Made by a program: the position numbers and the translations under genes. A stretch of 63,988 nt of DNA, counting the filler, from Ministeria vibrans ATCC 50519 (lineage: Eukaryota > Protista > Filasterea), in the NCBI GenBank assembly GCA_943704425.1. It is 13 parts of 13 records of this genome, joined end to end, with 100 filler letters (N's around TTAATTAATTAA, not from the genome) between each part and the next. Parts side by side here need not be neighbours in the genome. Positions count along the whole stretch, not along the records: positions 34,695 to 47,848 come from CALSCP010000434.1; 12 more parts are not named here. One strand, written 5' to 3'. The notes under the pieces were generated by a model. The model was not told the DNA's origin. It ran no database searches and saw nothing but the letters and a program-made list of their open reading frames with translations. Below are positions 34,850 through 47,948 of the stretch, piece by piece; position 1 is the stretch's first letter; each line of letters starts with the position of its first letter.

Positions 34850-37808
34850 GTACTCCCTGGCTGACAATTTGTTTGAGAAAGTGTCCGACGACAAGACGGG
34901 CTCTGGTCCAACAGGTCGAGTGGGCTGTGGCATGGCAACGCTTCAGATCAACGAAATTTACGTCTTTGGCGGTGCTCTCGAGGGCGAAATTGAACTTAAT
35001 GACATCTGGTTCTTTTCAGCGGTATATTCATCCACGACGAAACAAAAGAATTCTAACGTATTTGTTATTTCTTTTAGTACACTTCTTCTGAGCAGCCTGC
35101 AGTGTGGACGGAATCCTTTGGAAGTGCAGCAACCTACGCCGAGCCTACCAGTCGACTGTTTCCGGGCTATGCGGGATACGGCTCGTCGTTGTATGTGCAA
35201 GGGGGTTCGACCTTCTTCTTTGCCAGTGACCATTCGCTTTATGATATGTGGCGCTACGATTTGCAGTTGCTGCAGTGGTTTCGACTGTCGGCGTTAAACA
35301 ACTTTCCGGGCGCGCGTGAGCTACAGACACTTTCGGCCACCGATTCGCGCGATGAAATGTTTATGTTTGGCGGATGCAAAGGGAATATTCTGACTGACGA
35401 GTGCGTGCCAGTGCAAGACTCGTTCTACTCGTACAACGTCACTCGTGATCAATGGACCTTCATCGAGGGTCCCACTGGAACAGGACCCATGCCCATTCCG
35501 CGCTATGGCCATGTGGCCGGCCAGTTTCCATCGGGTACTCTTCTTGTGTTCGGTGGCATTGTGAGTCAGTCAGACGTCCTTGAACAGTCCATTGCGAACC
35601 GCACAACCTGGCTATACTCACCCGTTTCGCGTCTGTGGACTTCCTTGCCTGACTTGATTCCCAGACCGCCTCGCGTGTGGCTTGCTTGTTCGTTCACCAT
35701 AAAAGACAAAGTGTGCTTCTTTGGCGTAAGCACGCAATAATACTCTTAGCTACAAAATAATAAATACTGACCCCCCCTCCTCCATTTTATAAAGGGTGCA
35801 ATGGTTGGACATAAACCTCTATCCATTGTTGCTCCTGTCAACGTCACTCTCTCAGATGAGATATGGTGCTTCACTGAGACACAACCGGGCACGTTCGGAG
35901 AGTGGGAGAAGATTGAATACCTCGGCGAGTCGCCGGGCGGAAGAGTCGGTAAGTGAGTGAAGTAGAGAGAGAGAGAGAGACAGACAGAGACAGAGACAGA
36001 GACAGAGACAGAGACAGAGACAGAGACAGAGACAGAGACAGAGACAGAGAGACAGAGAGACAGAGAGGGACAGAGAGACAGAGAGAGACAGAGAGACAGA
36101 GAGAGACAGAGACAGAGAGAGAGACAGAGAGAGAGACAGAGAGAGAGACTGAGGAACCTGACACACCAAAAAAATTTCTTTTGTAGAACAATCTTGTGCG
36201 TCGTCACGTGATCTGATGATTACCTATGGTGGCATTGCCAATGCGTCTCCTGTGCCTTTTACCAATCTCACTTACATGTTCCACTTCGAGTCGCGAGCTT
36301 GGTCTCCGATCACACTTACAGAGAATGCGTTTGCATCGAGTACCGGAGGTTCAGCCACCTTTCTTGGCGACACCTTTCTTCTGTACTCGGGTCTCTCGGT
36401 ACCACATATTATGTCCCTTCCTTTGGACAAATGTTCCTCCAATCTTCCCTTGTATAGGACATCTTCACCGTCCCGTGGGTGGCAGGCTTTCAGCCCGGCT
36501 GTGCAGCTGGCCAGTTCTCGCCTGATCTCTTCACAGTGCCCTGTCTTCCATGTCCCAAGGGCTCCTATGCAGAGTTTCCGGGCGCCATTCGCTGCAACCC
36601 TTGTACGAACGAACTCTGCTCTTCCTATGCTTGTGTGCGTGCGTGTTGTTCTCTTTTCCACACTTCCACGGAAAGTTCTTGACACATTCAAAATTATAGG
36701 TCCTGGAAACTCATATACTGTGTCGGAGGGCACCGACTCAGTTCTATTGTGCTCCGTGTGCGCCCCCGACGTCTGCGGCGCACACGGCGACTGTCTGCTT
36801 GACATGACAACCTTCAACGCAGAGTGTCACTGTGCGTTTGGCTATCTGGCATCTGATGCTTGTGCCTTTCCGTGGGTTGGCGTCATCATTGCTGTTGCTT
36901 GTTTGCTCATTCTTGGTCCGTCAATATGTGTGCACGTCACAAAGACAGTGCGGTGTTTTTTTGTTCAGCACAGTTAATACTTTTTGTGTTTCTCAGGTGT
37001 TATTTCGTCTGTGTACTACATTCGACGCAGAACCGATTCCATTCGAGCAGACTCATCGCTGTACGAGCGACTTCTGGAAGAGTCACGTCGAGAAGTGGAT
37101 GATCTGACACGCGCATGGCAGATTGATTGCACAGATCTTGTGATGAGGGTACGGGAAGGAGATGGAAGAGAGAGTGAGTGCGCGGAGGAAAAAGGGATGC
37201 ACTAAAAATGGACATGGTCATAAGACGTGTCTGAAAGACTCACATTTGTTCACTTTGTTTCTCTCTATCACTTTGTTTCTTTCTCTCTATCACTTTCTCT
37301 CTCTATCTCTCTCTTTTTTTCACTTTGCTTCTCTCTGTCACTTTGTTTCTTTCTCTCTATCACTTTCTCTTTCTATCTCGCTCTTTTTTCACTTTGTCTC
37401 TCTATCACCTTTTCTCTTTCTCTTTCTCTCTTTATCATTTTACCATCTATCCATATCTAACTTCTGGTTTTTTTTTCTCTGGCTCTTTGTTTATGGGGTA
37501 GCAACGATTGGACAGTGGTGCATTTGGTGAGGTGTGGTTGGCAGAGTATGGCGATAAGAAGGTTGCTGTCAAGAAGCTGCAACACGCTGTAATGGAGAGT
37601 GGTACGCAACACCGCGTGAAACAATCATTATAATTATGTTTGTTATTAATTTGTCTCTTCTATGTCGCTTTTCTTTTCGTATTGCAGATGAACAGAGTTT
37701 CACAGAATTTCAGAATGAAGTTGGTTTTATGCGATCGATTCGACATCTTCATGTGCTTTTCTTTTATGGCGCTGGATTTTTTCCCGACGGCACTCCCTTT
37801 ATTGTCAC
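34850..37808 (+). CDS. Receptor-type kinase: Kelch repeats, Cys-rich (ephrin-receptor-like/GCC), EGF, TM and TK/TKL N-lobe; both ends truncated
   Basis: Kelch motifs (IYVFGG, PIPRYGHVA, LLVFGG), CLPCPKGSY, CGAHGDC...CHCAFGY, TM VGVIIAVACLLILGVISSVYYIRRR, then DSGAFGEVW, VAVKKL, FQNEVGFMRSIRH, FYGAGFFPDGTPFIVT. Confidence 0.85.
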
Positions 37809-37895
37809 GTAAGAGCACACACGACACTCTAGAAAGACAACCGTTGTGTGTAGGTTTCTCTCTCTCTCTCTATCACTTTGTTTCTCTCTCTCTCA

Positions 37896-37974
<79 letters not shown>

Positions 37975-37976
37975 AG

Positions 37977-38174
37977 GTCGAGTACGACAATGTCCCGCTG
38001 ATTCCATCTTGGAGCACACACATTGTCGATGACAACTGCAACAACCGCGCACACGTCATTGATGGACACACCATTGAGATCACATGGGAGACGGACATGG
38101 AGAGCACTGTCGCCTCTTATTCGCCCCCACCCAACTCCCTTAATGCCGACAAGTCTCACAAGACCATCTTTTGA
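37977..38174 (+). CDS. Terminal exon of an unidentified gene (not kinase sequence)
   Basis: Acceptor TTTCAG, then VEYDNVPLIPSWSTHIVDD...KTIF*. Confidence 0.4.
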   Translation, partial: VEYDNVPLIPSWSTHIVDDNCNNRAHVIDGHTIEITWETDMESTVASYSPPPNSLNADKSHKTIF

Positions 38175-38310
38175 GTTCACACTTCAATCGGTGCACTCTG
38201 TCAAGACACATTTTAGTCTCAGTGAATGATCCTTTTCTTGCACACACACACACAAATAACAATAGCATCGAAATAATTATTATGTTACAAGTGTACAGTC
38301 GTGCAAATGA

Positions 38311-39990
38311 TCAAGCAGGCACGTTGCCTGCATCAGAACTTTCGCTGAGTTCTCCTTCTTCTTCTTCTTCCTCTTGAAGCTCATCTACCGTCACAAAGCG
38401 CACTGCCCTGTCCATCACGCCGCGCATGCGCTCCGTACCACACTCCCAGACGCTCGTCCACCACACCCTCACCGCCTCACTCACTCCCTCCACTGCACTC
38501 TCACTCGCTGCTGTCCCTTGAACTTCCGTCTCACTCCCCATCGCATCACTCTCTTCCTCCATCAGTCGAAGGCGCTCTCGCTCTTCCCTTCGAATCCGAG
38601 CATTCTCCCGCTCCACCCCACTCCCGCGCGTCAACTGCGTTCCGCTCGTCCGCCCTTCCTCCAACCGCAGCACCTGCTGCCGATATTCCTCCTGCTCTTC
38701 CTCCGTCCGCTCCACAAACCTCCGTCGCAGTTTCAGTCCCGCAGTGCGCGTCAGGAAACTAATCATCCCACGCGTATACCACCGCTCCGGATGCTCCATC
38801 TTGTACACCTCCTCTTCCAAATCATATACAATCTCGTCAAACGTCCATGTCATAAAGTACTGGTAGTGCAGAACAACCGGAAGGAATATTACAAAGTACA
38901 ACATGTACTTTGCATCTGAATGACACATGACAGAGAGAGAAAAATAAAGTGATACAGAAAGAGGAACAAAAAAAGAGACAAGAAAGAGTTAAAATAATGC
39001 TGATTGTCCATTCGTTCTTCTATTACCAATGTGAAAGAGTAATCGCTCTTGGTACTCTTCGCGCGTCGGTATCTCCACCAGTTTCATCAGTTCGTCGTGT
39101 CGCAAGTGCAATTCTCGCTCCCACTCTTCTAGCCCGTCGTCTTTCTCTTGCGCAGTGCTTTTGCAACCGTTACTCTTCTCTTCCTCCTCGAGACGACGGG
39201 AATGCGCCTCTTCGACAAGTTTGCGGCGTTCGTTCAGCTGCTTGAACGAGTCCTTGACTGTGTTGCTCGTGCTCAGAACACCTCCCAAGTAGGGTTGCAG
39301 TGTCTCCTTGAGCGTCCCTTCTTGCCTCAGTGCCGTCTGAAATCCCTCGCGAAACGCCACGACGCTTGCTCGTAGAATGTCAGCACGACTTTCCAGCAAA
39401 TGTTTGGTGGTCGCGACCACTGTGTCGTCCATGGAGGCGCGTGCGTCAAGCTGCTGTATCAGAGACGCGTGTTTGGCGTCCTCCTTCCCTTGGTGTCTCT
39501 TCGTCTCTTCCGTGTCCTCGTCGACAGCCTTGTTGAGCGAGAAGGCGGCCTGAATGTCTTTCAAGCGGTAGTACACAAAATCTACAAGAACGCTCGTGAG
39601 GTCACAGCGTGAGGTGTTTTGCCGTTTTCGTACATAACACAAAGAGGGGGATCTCGCCGGTCGACTGCATTACTTGCCGGACACTCTTTCCAATCAGCCT
39701 AGCGTGTGTGCGCAACGGCATCGCCCACAGATACTGAAACAGCTCGCGTTTGTTCCTCCAGTAATAGTCTTCCATGCTACAAGAAAAGACAAACCCCTTG
39801 ACGACATGTTGGGGAGACTTGTGCTGCGGCGTACCCTGGCGGATCCGGGATCGGCTGGTGCTTGTCGTGGTAGTGGTACTTCCACTCGCGATAGGTCGCC
39901 TTGGTTTTCTTCTGGATCGCGGCGAGAGCAGGGCGGCGAATTTCCGGGTCTCGCACAAACATCCACCAACGATTCAATGTTCGGCGGACA
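38311..39990 (-). CDS. Hypothetical multi-exon protein with coiled-coil, one predicted TM segment and an acidic tail
   Basis: Consecutive ORFs 39602-39958, 38989-39642 and 38311-38928 with coding-like composition; TM YMLYFVIFLPVVLHY. Confidence 0.55.
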
Positions 39991-40324
39991 ATCCAGAGTG
40001 CCACACTCATGTCCTTTGATTATCTTAATAAAATTATTATTATTATAAATAATAATAAGAATAATTATTATTATTATTATTATTATTATATTATTTTATT
40101 ATTACTATTATGAATTGAAGAAGAATACAACCCATTTATGATTTATTAATGATACAGTCACCACGTAAAGACACAGATTCACAGAAGTGAATTTAGAATT
40201 AGATTGGAATATAGCGGGCGTACGTTAATTAGATCTCCAATAAACTCTGTCAAGTCACTTGTGTGAGTTGGTCAGTTGGTTAAGTGTCAACTTTTTTATT
40301 TTCTCTTATTCACTTATACACACA

Positions 40325-41667
40325 ATGGCTCTCCACGTGCCCAAGTCGGGCATCCAGACCATGATGAAGGACGGATCGAAGGTAAACATGCGCTCTTGTT
40401 CGATCTTTCTCTTCCAACGAAACCACCCTCCATTGATTCTGGCCACCATGCCGCCAACCTACACCCATGGATTGTCATCCATCCTCCTTCCTGCCTCAGC
40501 TGTCGCGAAATGTGTCTGATCAATGTTGACGTTTAAAAAAGAAAAGCGAGAAAAAAAAAAAGGCGTCTCATTGAAACGCCACTCGTTCGTACGGGGCCAC
40601 GGTTGCTTCGCACGCATTGGCAGCATCACACGTGAGACTGGTGTGCGCGAAAGGAGTGCGTCCGAGTCGGTTTAAAACCCGTCGCGTGCAAAGTTGCTTG
40701 TCAAATGTATTTCTCGTTGCTGTCCCTTTTCTCGCGTTTCGTCCCTTTCCCCGCTGCCATTTCGCTCGCTCTTCCTCGACGTGTCGCTACTGTTGCGATT
40801 GAGGACTCTCGTTGTATTGAGAAGGCTCTTCACAGCGACTCTCCTTGCGAATGTTTCAACGTTGAAGGAATATTGTTCGATTTTGTTCGATTCTGATGAT
40901 GGCACTTGACGCGTTTCCGCTCGCGTGCGCTGCTCGTCTGTGTGGTTGCTCTCGTGCACATCGGTGTGTGTGCGAGTGTGGGGGGGGGGTGTGAATGCGG
41001 TCGAGAAAGGGCCGTAATGCGATTCTTTTTGGGCTTGACATATGTGTCGTTTCTTTGGTAGCAATTCTCCGGACTCGAAGAGGCAGTCATGCGCAACATC
41101 ACTGCCTGCAAAGAGATGGCAGCGGTGACCCGTACCTCTATTGGACCTAACGGTATGACCTGTTGGAATGTGATGACATAAACACTTAACATTTTCTTTC
41201 TGCATTGCTGTGCACATTTGTGACAGGCATGAACAAGATGGTGGTGAATCATCTTGAGAAGCTCTTCGTCACCAACGACGCAGCGACGATTCTGAACGAG
41301 CTTGAGGTTGAGCACCCTGCTGCCAAGATTTTGGTGATGGCATCACAGCGCATGGAAGAGGAGGTACGACAAGGGCCTGCTAATAATTTGAGATCGTAGC
41401 AACAACAAGAGTAACAATAATAATTAATAAAGGTTGGCGACGGAACCAACTTTGTGCTTGTTTTTGCGGGCGAGCTCTTGGCGCAGGCGGAGAAGCTCAT
41501 TGGAATGGGTCTGTCCCCAGCGGAGATTATCACAGGCTTTGTGACAGCCAAGAAGAAGGCACTTGAGATTCTGATGCAGCCCGAATTGGTCGTGTTTGAG
41601 GTAAGAGATATTTGATGAATCTCTCTCTCTATTTTGTTTCCTTTTCCATTCTTTCACTCTTTCCCTC

Positions 41668-41710
<43 letters not shown>

Positions 41711-42466
41711 TCTCTATTTATTAAGCTATCTGTATCTCTGTAGACCAAGGACTTGACTGACCGCACCATGGTTGTGAAGAGCCTGAAGACAGCGATTGGC
41801 AGCAAACAGTTTGGCTACGAGGACTTCTTGGCGGGTCTGGTGGCCGACGCCTGTCTTGCTGTGCTCCCCAAGAACCCCAAACGTAAGTGTGTTGCTTGTA
41901 TGTGTGTGAGAAGACTGTGATCGTTTTTTGACCGTCTCTTCAATTCTCTGTTACTTTTTTAGACTTCAACGTTGACAATGTGCGCGTGGCGAAGATTGTG
42001 GGCTCGGGAGTGCTGTCATCGCGAGTGATCAACGGAATGGTCTTCACGCGCGAAGTGGAGGGAACCGTCGAGAAGATTGACAATGCAAAGGTAAATGCTT
42101 TGAATCACTGTTCTCCCTACAATCACTCAAATGTTTGTATAGGTTGCCGTGTTTACTTCTGGCATGGACGTTGCCGCGACTGAGACCAAGGGAACAGTGC
42201 TCCTCAAGACCGCCGACGAGCTGCTCAACTTCAGTTCAGGCGAGGAGGTAAAAAAATTTATTCGATTTAATATTGTGATCATTGTGTATCTGTATGCCTC
42301 ACTCAATTCATTTATTCATGACTGTCACTGTATCTCCCTCAATCGTACTGTATCTCTCTCGCACTAACTATCACTGAATCTTCTATCACTTTGTTTCTTT
42401 CTCCTCTCTCTCTCTATCACTTTGTTTCTTTCTCCTCTCTCTCTATCACTTTGTTTCTTTCTCCTC

Positions 42467-42556
<90 letters not shown>

Positions 42557-42562
42557 TTTCTT

Positions 42563-42612
<50 letters not shown>

Positions 42613-43633
42613 GCAACATTTAATTGTCTCGCTCTCTTTACCGCGCACGTGTATCGCTCAAACTCACATTCTTACTCACCCACTTCATTGTGTACCCTCT
42701 CAGGCGATTGTGGAGAAGGAGGTGATGGCGCTGAAGGAGGCGGGTGTGAACGTGGTCGTGACCGGCTCCAAGATTGGCGATCTGAACATGCACTTCCTGA
42801 ACAAGGCCGGGATCATGGCGGTGCGCATTGGGTCCAAGTTTGAGCTGCGTCGTCTGGGGCGCACGGTGGGTGCGACACCTCTGGTGCGGATGGGCACACC
42901 GAGTCCCGAAGAGATGGGCGTGTGCAAGAAGGTGTTTGTGGAGGAGATTGGGGGGACGCGCGTGGTGGTGTTTAGCAACGCAGGTGACGCACAGGGCTGC
43001 GGTGGGAGCGACGTGTCGACCATTGTGGTGCGCGGCAGTACGGCGGGTGCCAGTGACGATGTGTCGCGTGCCATCGACGACGGTGTCAAGGTCTTCAAGA
43101 TGCTCACCAAGGACCCGACCTTCCTGCCAGGCGCCTCCGCCATTGAGATGGAGCTCGCCTGTCGCCTGGCCGCCCACGCCCAGACCTGCCCGGGTCTCGA
43201 GCAGTACGCCATCGACCGCTTTGCCACCGCCCTCGAGTGTGTGCCGCGTGCTCTTGCCGAGAACGCTGGTGCCGACGCCACCGAGGCGGTCTCACGCCTT
43301 TACGCCGCTCACCACGTAAACAAAACAAATAATAATAATTATTTCGGTCTCATTTTTTATATTCTTTTTTTTCATGTGTGTGTGTGCTTGTGTGTATATA
43401 TATAGGCCGGTGAGGGAACTGCTGGTCTGGACCTGACGCAGGAGGACGGGTGCCCGACCCTCGACGCGGTCGCGTCCAACATCTTTGATAGCCGCGCCGT
43501 CAAGTGGTGGTCGGTCAAGCTGGCTGCCGAGGCGGCCGTCACCGTGCTGCGTGTGGATCAAATTATCATGGCCAAGCTGGCGGGCGGTCCCAAGGCACGT
43601 GGTGAGCTCGCGCGTGATGCTGACGACGAGTAG
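40325..43633 (+). CDS. CCT8: Chaperonin CCT subunit theta
   Basis: MALHVPK, FSGLEEAVMRNI, MNKMVVNHLEKLFVTNDAATIL, VGDGTNFV, ETKGTVLLK, PGLEQYAI, LRVDQIIMAKLAGGPK. Confidence 0.97.
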
Positions 43634-43932
43634 AAGGGAGACAGAGAACAAACCACAGACTAAAAATAATGAAAAAATAAAGTTTACATTGTGTGCGAAA
43701 GGTTCTTAATCAATAATAATTATTGGTCATTGTCACTCATTGAGTTAATGAGTTATTTGGGTGGTCAAACCAATTATTGCCTGCTTTCAGGTATGTCGAA
43801 TTGTGACTTGTATTGTGATAGAGTATAAAAAAACAAACATGATTGAAGCTGAAAAACTGAAAATATTTGTAAATTGTATTTTAAATTTTAAATTAATTTC
43901 GCGTTTACAAGCTGTAATAACCATAGCATAGC

Positions 43933-44326
43933 ATGAGGATAACGTTGGCCACCTTGGGCAGACGATACACGCTCCAGCAAGTCAAGTATGAGATCGAAAA
44001 ACGTTTTCCACCGTACTGACTCTGTCGTCGTCCTCCTCCTCCTTCTGCCCCTCCCCCTGTCTCCCCTTAGATACAACCGACTTCTTCGAGTGCAAGAGCA
44101 GGAGAAGAAGATGGAGATGAGAGAGAAGCGAGCAAAGAAGATTCCGAAAATCTCGCCAGGCATTCTCTCTCTCATTTCCAACGCTGTTCCCGAGCTCGGA
44201 CGCGTCTTGCGAGTGCAGCAAAGCATTCCCTTTGGACGTTACTTCACCGTGCCTCGCTTGATCCAGCGCAAGAACGGCAGCGAGAGCGTGCCGAAGGAAG
44301 ACTTGCCCAAATCAAGCACTGTGTAA
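43933..44326 (+). CDS. Small basic hypothetical protein (two exons), possible organellar presequence
   Basis: Plausible GT-AG splice gives MRITLATLGRRYTLQQVKYNRLLRVQEQEKK...; no family recognised. Confidence 0.35.
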
Positions 44327-44678
44327 CCCAAACCATCGATAAAACCCTGACCCTGTACTCTGCAATATCAGATATCTTCATTCATTGAAAGCTCCACCCA
44401 GATCCAAGTGATCCAACCTGTCGAAGAAGATTTTCCAAACACTATTTTGATCAGTCGAGGATTAAGAGAGTCCTCCAGCTAACACACACCTCCCCCTGGC
44501 CCCTTCGGTCGTGCGTGTAACGTGTTCTTCTCTCTTATTTTGTTCCTCTCTCTCTTTCTCTCTCTCACACTCTCTCTCAAAATAATTAATATCGCGCCTT
44601 AATGAGTTTCACTCAAAATAATCACCATTAGAGTCAATAATCAATTAATAGTCAGAATTTTTTTTAAATCCATCGAAA

Positions 44679-47262
44679 ATGGGTCTCTGTGGTGGCGACG
44701 CGGCGTTCACTGACCCTGCTGCGCGGGCACGCAGTGAACAGATTGACAGGGATCTCAAGCAGGAGAAAAGAGCCTTCCAGAATGAGCAAAAACTTCTCCT
44801 TCTCGGTACGACTTTGGTTTTTTTTTTTTTTTTTTTTTGCAGCATTATCGCATCTGTGGCCCTTTGCGCGTCCCTCCACTCTGCATCGTGGGTCTGTCCT
44901 GTTCAAACTCGCCCGTTGATAGTCAATCCCGCCACCCGCACACTCCTTGATCATCCTTAACGCGACTTTCGCTCAAGCGACTTTTTTTGGGTTTTTTTTT
45001 TGTGTTCTTCTTCTTTCTTTCTTTTTTTTTCCACCCTCTGGCGCTTTTCGTTGACTTCTGGCCGCGCCCCCCACATCGACGGGGCGCCTTCGCTTCTGCG
45101 CTCGTCGTGTGGTTCCCTCTCCTGTGTCCCCGTTCGCTCCACCCTGCGCTGCTCTCTGTCTGCACAACCGTCACAGGGATGGATCTTTTTTTTTTCTTTT
45201 GACGTTTCACGCCACACCCGAGTTCTCCTCAGGCCTATGCCCATTTTGTTGATCTCATTCCCACCCCTGCTGTGTTTTGCACTCCTCTCATGCTCCTCTG
45301 ACTCCCCCAAGGGCGATTTTTTCAGCCGAGTATTTACGATTTTCGCCAGCGAAAGTCCTCCTTCTCCGTCCCGTTTGCACGCCTTTGCGCGCGTATGGCG
45401 GCCCTCCCACGCGCCCCTATAGCGACATCGAACTATTTTCGTGCTCATCCCGCGCACAAACACCCGCTTTCGTGCTCTCTGTGCGTCCTAGAGGCGCGCA
45501 AAGACGACGCGCCAACCCAAGTGTTTTTTTTTCATGAACACACGCCCACCCTCCGTTTTTCCTCAACGTGTTGTCCCCTTACACAATGTCCCTGCCCCAT
45601 CCGGGCTACTATGGGGTCGGTTCCATCATTTGGCGTGTCCATTGAAGGATTGATTTACAAAAGCTATTTCTGTGGGAACTCAGTTTTGTGGTTTCTTCTT
45701 TTTAAGCCCTTGTCCAATGGTGTCACCCGGTTGATCATTGCATTGAATCGTGTGTGTTTTGCCTTGTCGACTATTCTCCTGTTGTTGAGCATTTCGTTTT
45801 ACTCTTTTTCGGTTTTTTTTGTTGATTTTTTCGTTCCGGCTGAGAACAAGAGAGAGGATGTATGTGGATGTGTGGGTGTGGCGGCGGCGCTGGTGGTGGC
45901 GGTGTGTATCCTAATCGTTTTGTCAGTTGTCAATTGTGTATCTGTGCTGTTTCGTTTTTTTTTAGACAAGCTGGGTTTTTACACATTATTGATGATTGAC
46001 TGTGTTTTTTTTTTTTTCAGGTGCTGGCGAGAGCGGCAAGTCGACGATTGTCAAACAAATGCGTATTATTCACACGCAAGGGTTTTCGTCGCAAGAGAAG
46101 GACCAAATGAAGGGAAGCATCTACAGTAACGTGCACGACTCATCCAAGGCACTTGCCCATGCCGCAACGGACCTTGGCATTGAGATTGGCTGTCAGGACT
46201 CTGCGTCCTTCATGCTCGGGTTTTCTGAGAAGTATAGTGCCTCCGAGTACCCTCCCGAATTTTTTGATCACGCACAAGCGCTGTGGGCCGACGGTACAAG
46301 GAGAAAACAATGTAAAACCTTTTTCTCATTATTTTTTCTTGTAGCTGGCATTAAAGCAACATATGAGCGACGTAATGAGTTCCAACTCAACGACAGTGCT
46401 GACTACTTTTTTAATGAGCTCCCGCGACTCCGCGATCCCTCATATGTGCCGACGGACCAGGATGCAGTGCGTCTGCGTGTCCTCACCACTGGTACGGTCT
46501 CCCTCGCCACACACATGACCACTCTCTAAAAAAAATTCGTTTATTATTGTTGTTTTGTTTGTTTGTAGGTGTATTTGAGACCAAATTCTCTGTGAGCGAG
46601 GTTCAGTTCCACATGTTTGACGTGGGCGGTCAGCGGTCGGAGCGAAGGAAGTGGATCCAGTGCTTTGGCGACGTCACTGCAATTATGTTTGTTGCCGCCT
46701 GCTCTGGCTACGACATGGTATTGCGTGAGGACAACTCCCAAAACCGCCTCACGGAGGCTCTGGAGCTCTTTGAGTCTATTTGGAGCAACCGTTGGCTCGA
46801 AAAGGTAATTTTGTTTTAGTTTGTAATAATTATTGTACGCTTTGAATCTCACGCATCCTTCCTCGTGTCAGGTCTCTGTGATTCTGTTTCTCAACAAGAC
46901 GGATCTTCTCGAGGAGAAAGTGCCCAAGAGTCCCATCTCCAAGTTTTTCCCCGATTACACTGGCGGCGCAAACATCGAAGAGGCAAAAAAGTTTATCAAG
47001 GAAAAGTTTAGCGAAATCGGAACGGTACTAAGCGCTAGAAAGAGAATGTGGGTGAGAGAGAACAGCGAGTTAACGTCTTTTTTCTTTTTGTCTCTTTATC
47101 ATGTGTGTGTGTGTGTTTTTTTAAAAAAAATAGGGCTATGAGGAGAAGCGAGTGTACCCGCACTTCACGTGTGCGATTGACACCGGCAATGTCAAGCGTG
47201 TCTTCAATGCCTGTCGTGACATCATCCAGAACCTTCATTTGCAGCACTTTGGTCTTGCATAA
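44679..47262 (+). CDS. GNAS: Heterotrimeric G-protein alpha subunit, Gs class
   Basis: MGLC lipidation site, [95 protein letters not shown] (Gs signatures). Confidence 0.9.
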
Positions 47263-47948
47263 TTTGTTTTTCTTTTCTCTTTTTTTATCAGCGTGTGAGA
47301 GAAAAAGTTTCCCGAAAAAGTTTTGGCTTTGTGGGTGTTTTGAGTGTTGATGTGTTTGATGTTTTCCCTTCGTTGCCGTACTTTTTTTCTATCCCATTCC
47401 ATTTTTTTCTTCTCTTCTCAAGTGTAAAGTAATAAACCCAAAATGAGTGAAAAGAAAGACCAATGGGCAATAAATAATTCGAAGATTATTCGTATAACTA
47501 AATACTATGAGAGATCCATAACCATAACAGAGATAACAATCACACTAGCGGGTGTCTGTAGAAAAGAGTGAGTCGACTCAATGGACAATGAGTCTCGATC
47601 GAGTCACAAAAAAAGGAGGCAGCATAAGCCGATTGACTATTAAGACGCATAACCAACTCGAAAAATAATAATAAATTTATGATCGTATTAGATTTTAGAT
47701 TAGATTTTCTTATATCTCTTGCACTATCACGCAAGAGTTGCCCGCAAAGAGCGAATTCAGTTTGTTTTTACAACTGCTAACAAGACCAGTCGCCCACTCA
47801 ACTACCTACTGCTCTCCTCCATCGCTCCCCCCCCCCCCCACCCATACANNNNNNNNNNNNNNNNNNNNNNNNNNNNNNNNNNNNNNNNNNNNTTAATTAA
47901 TTAANNNNNNNNNNNNNNNNNNNNNNNNNNNNNNNNNNNNNNNNNNNN

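Noticed and set aside
44068-44105. KYNRLLR as an enolase C-terminus
   Set aside because: Only a short match; no other enolase motifs nearby.
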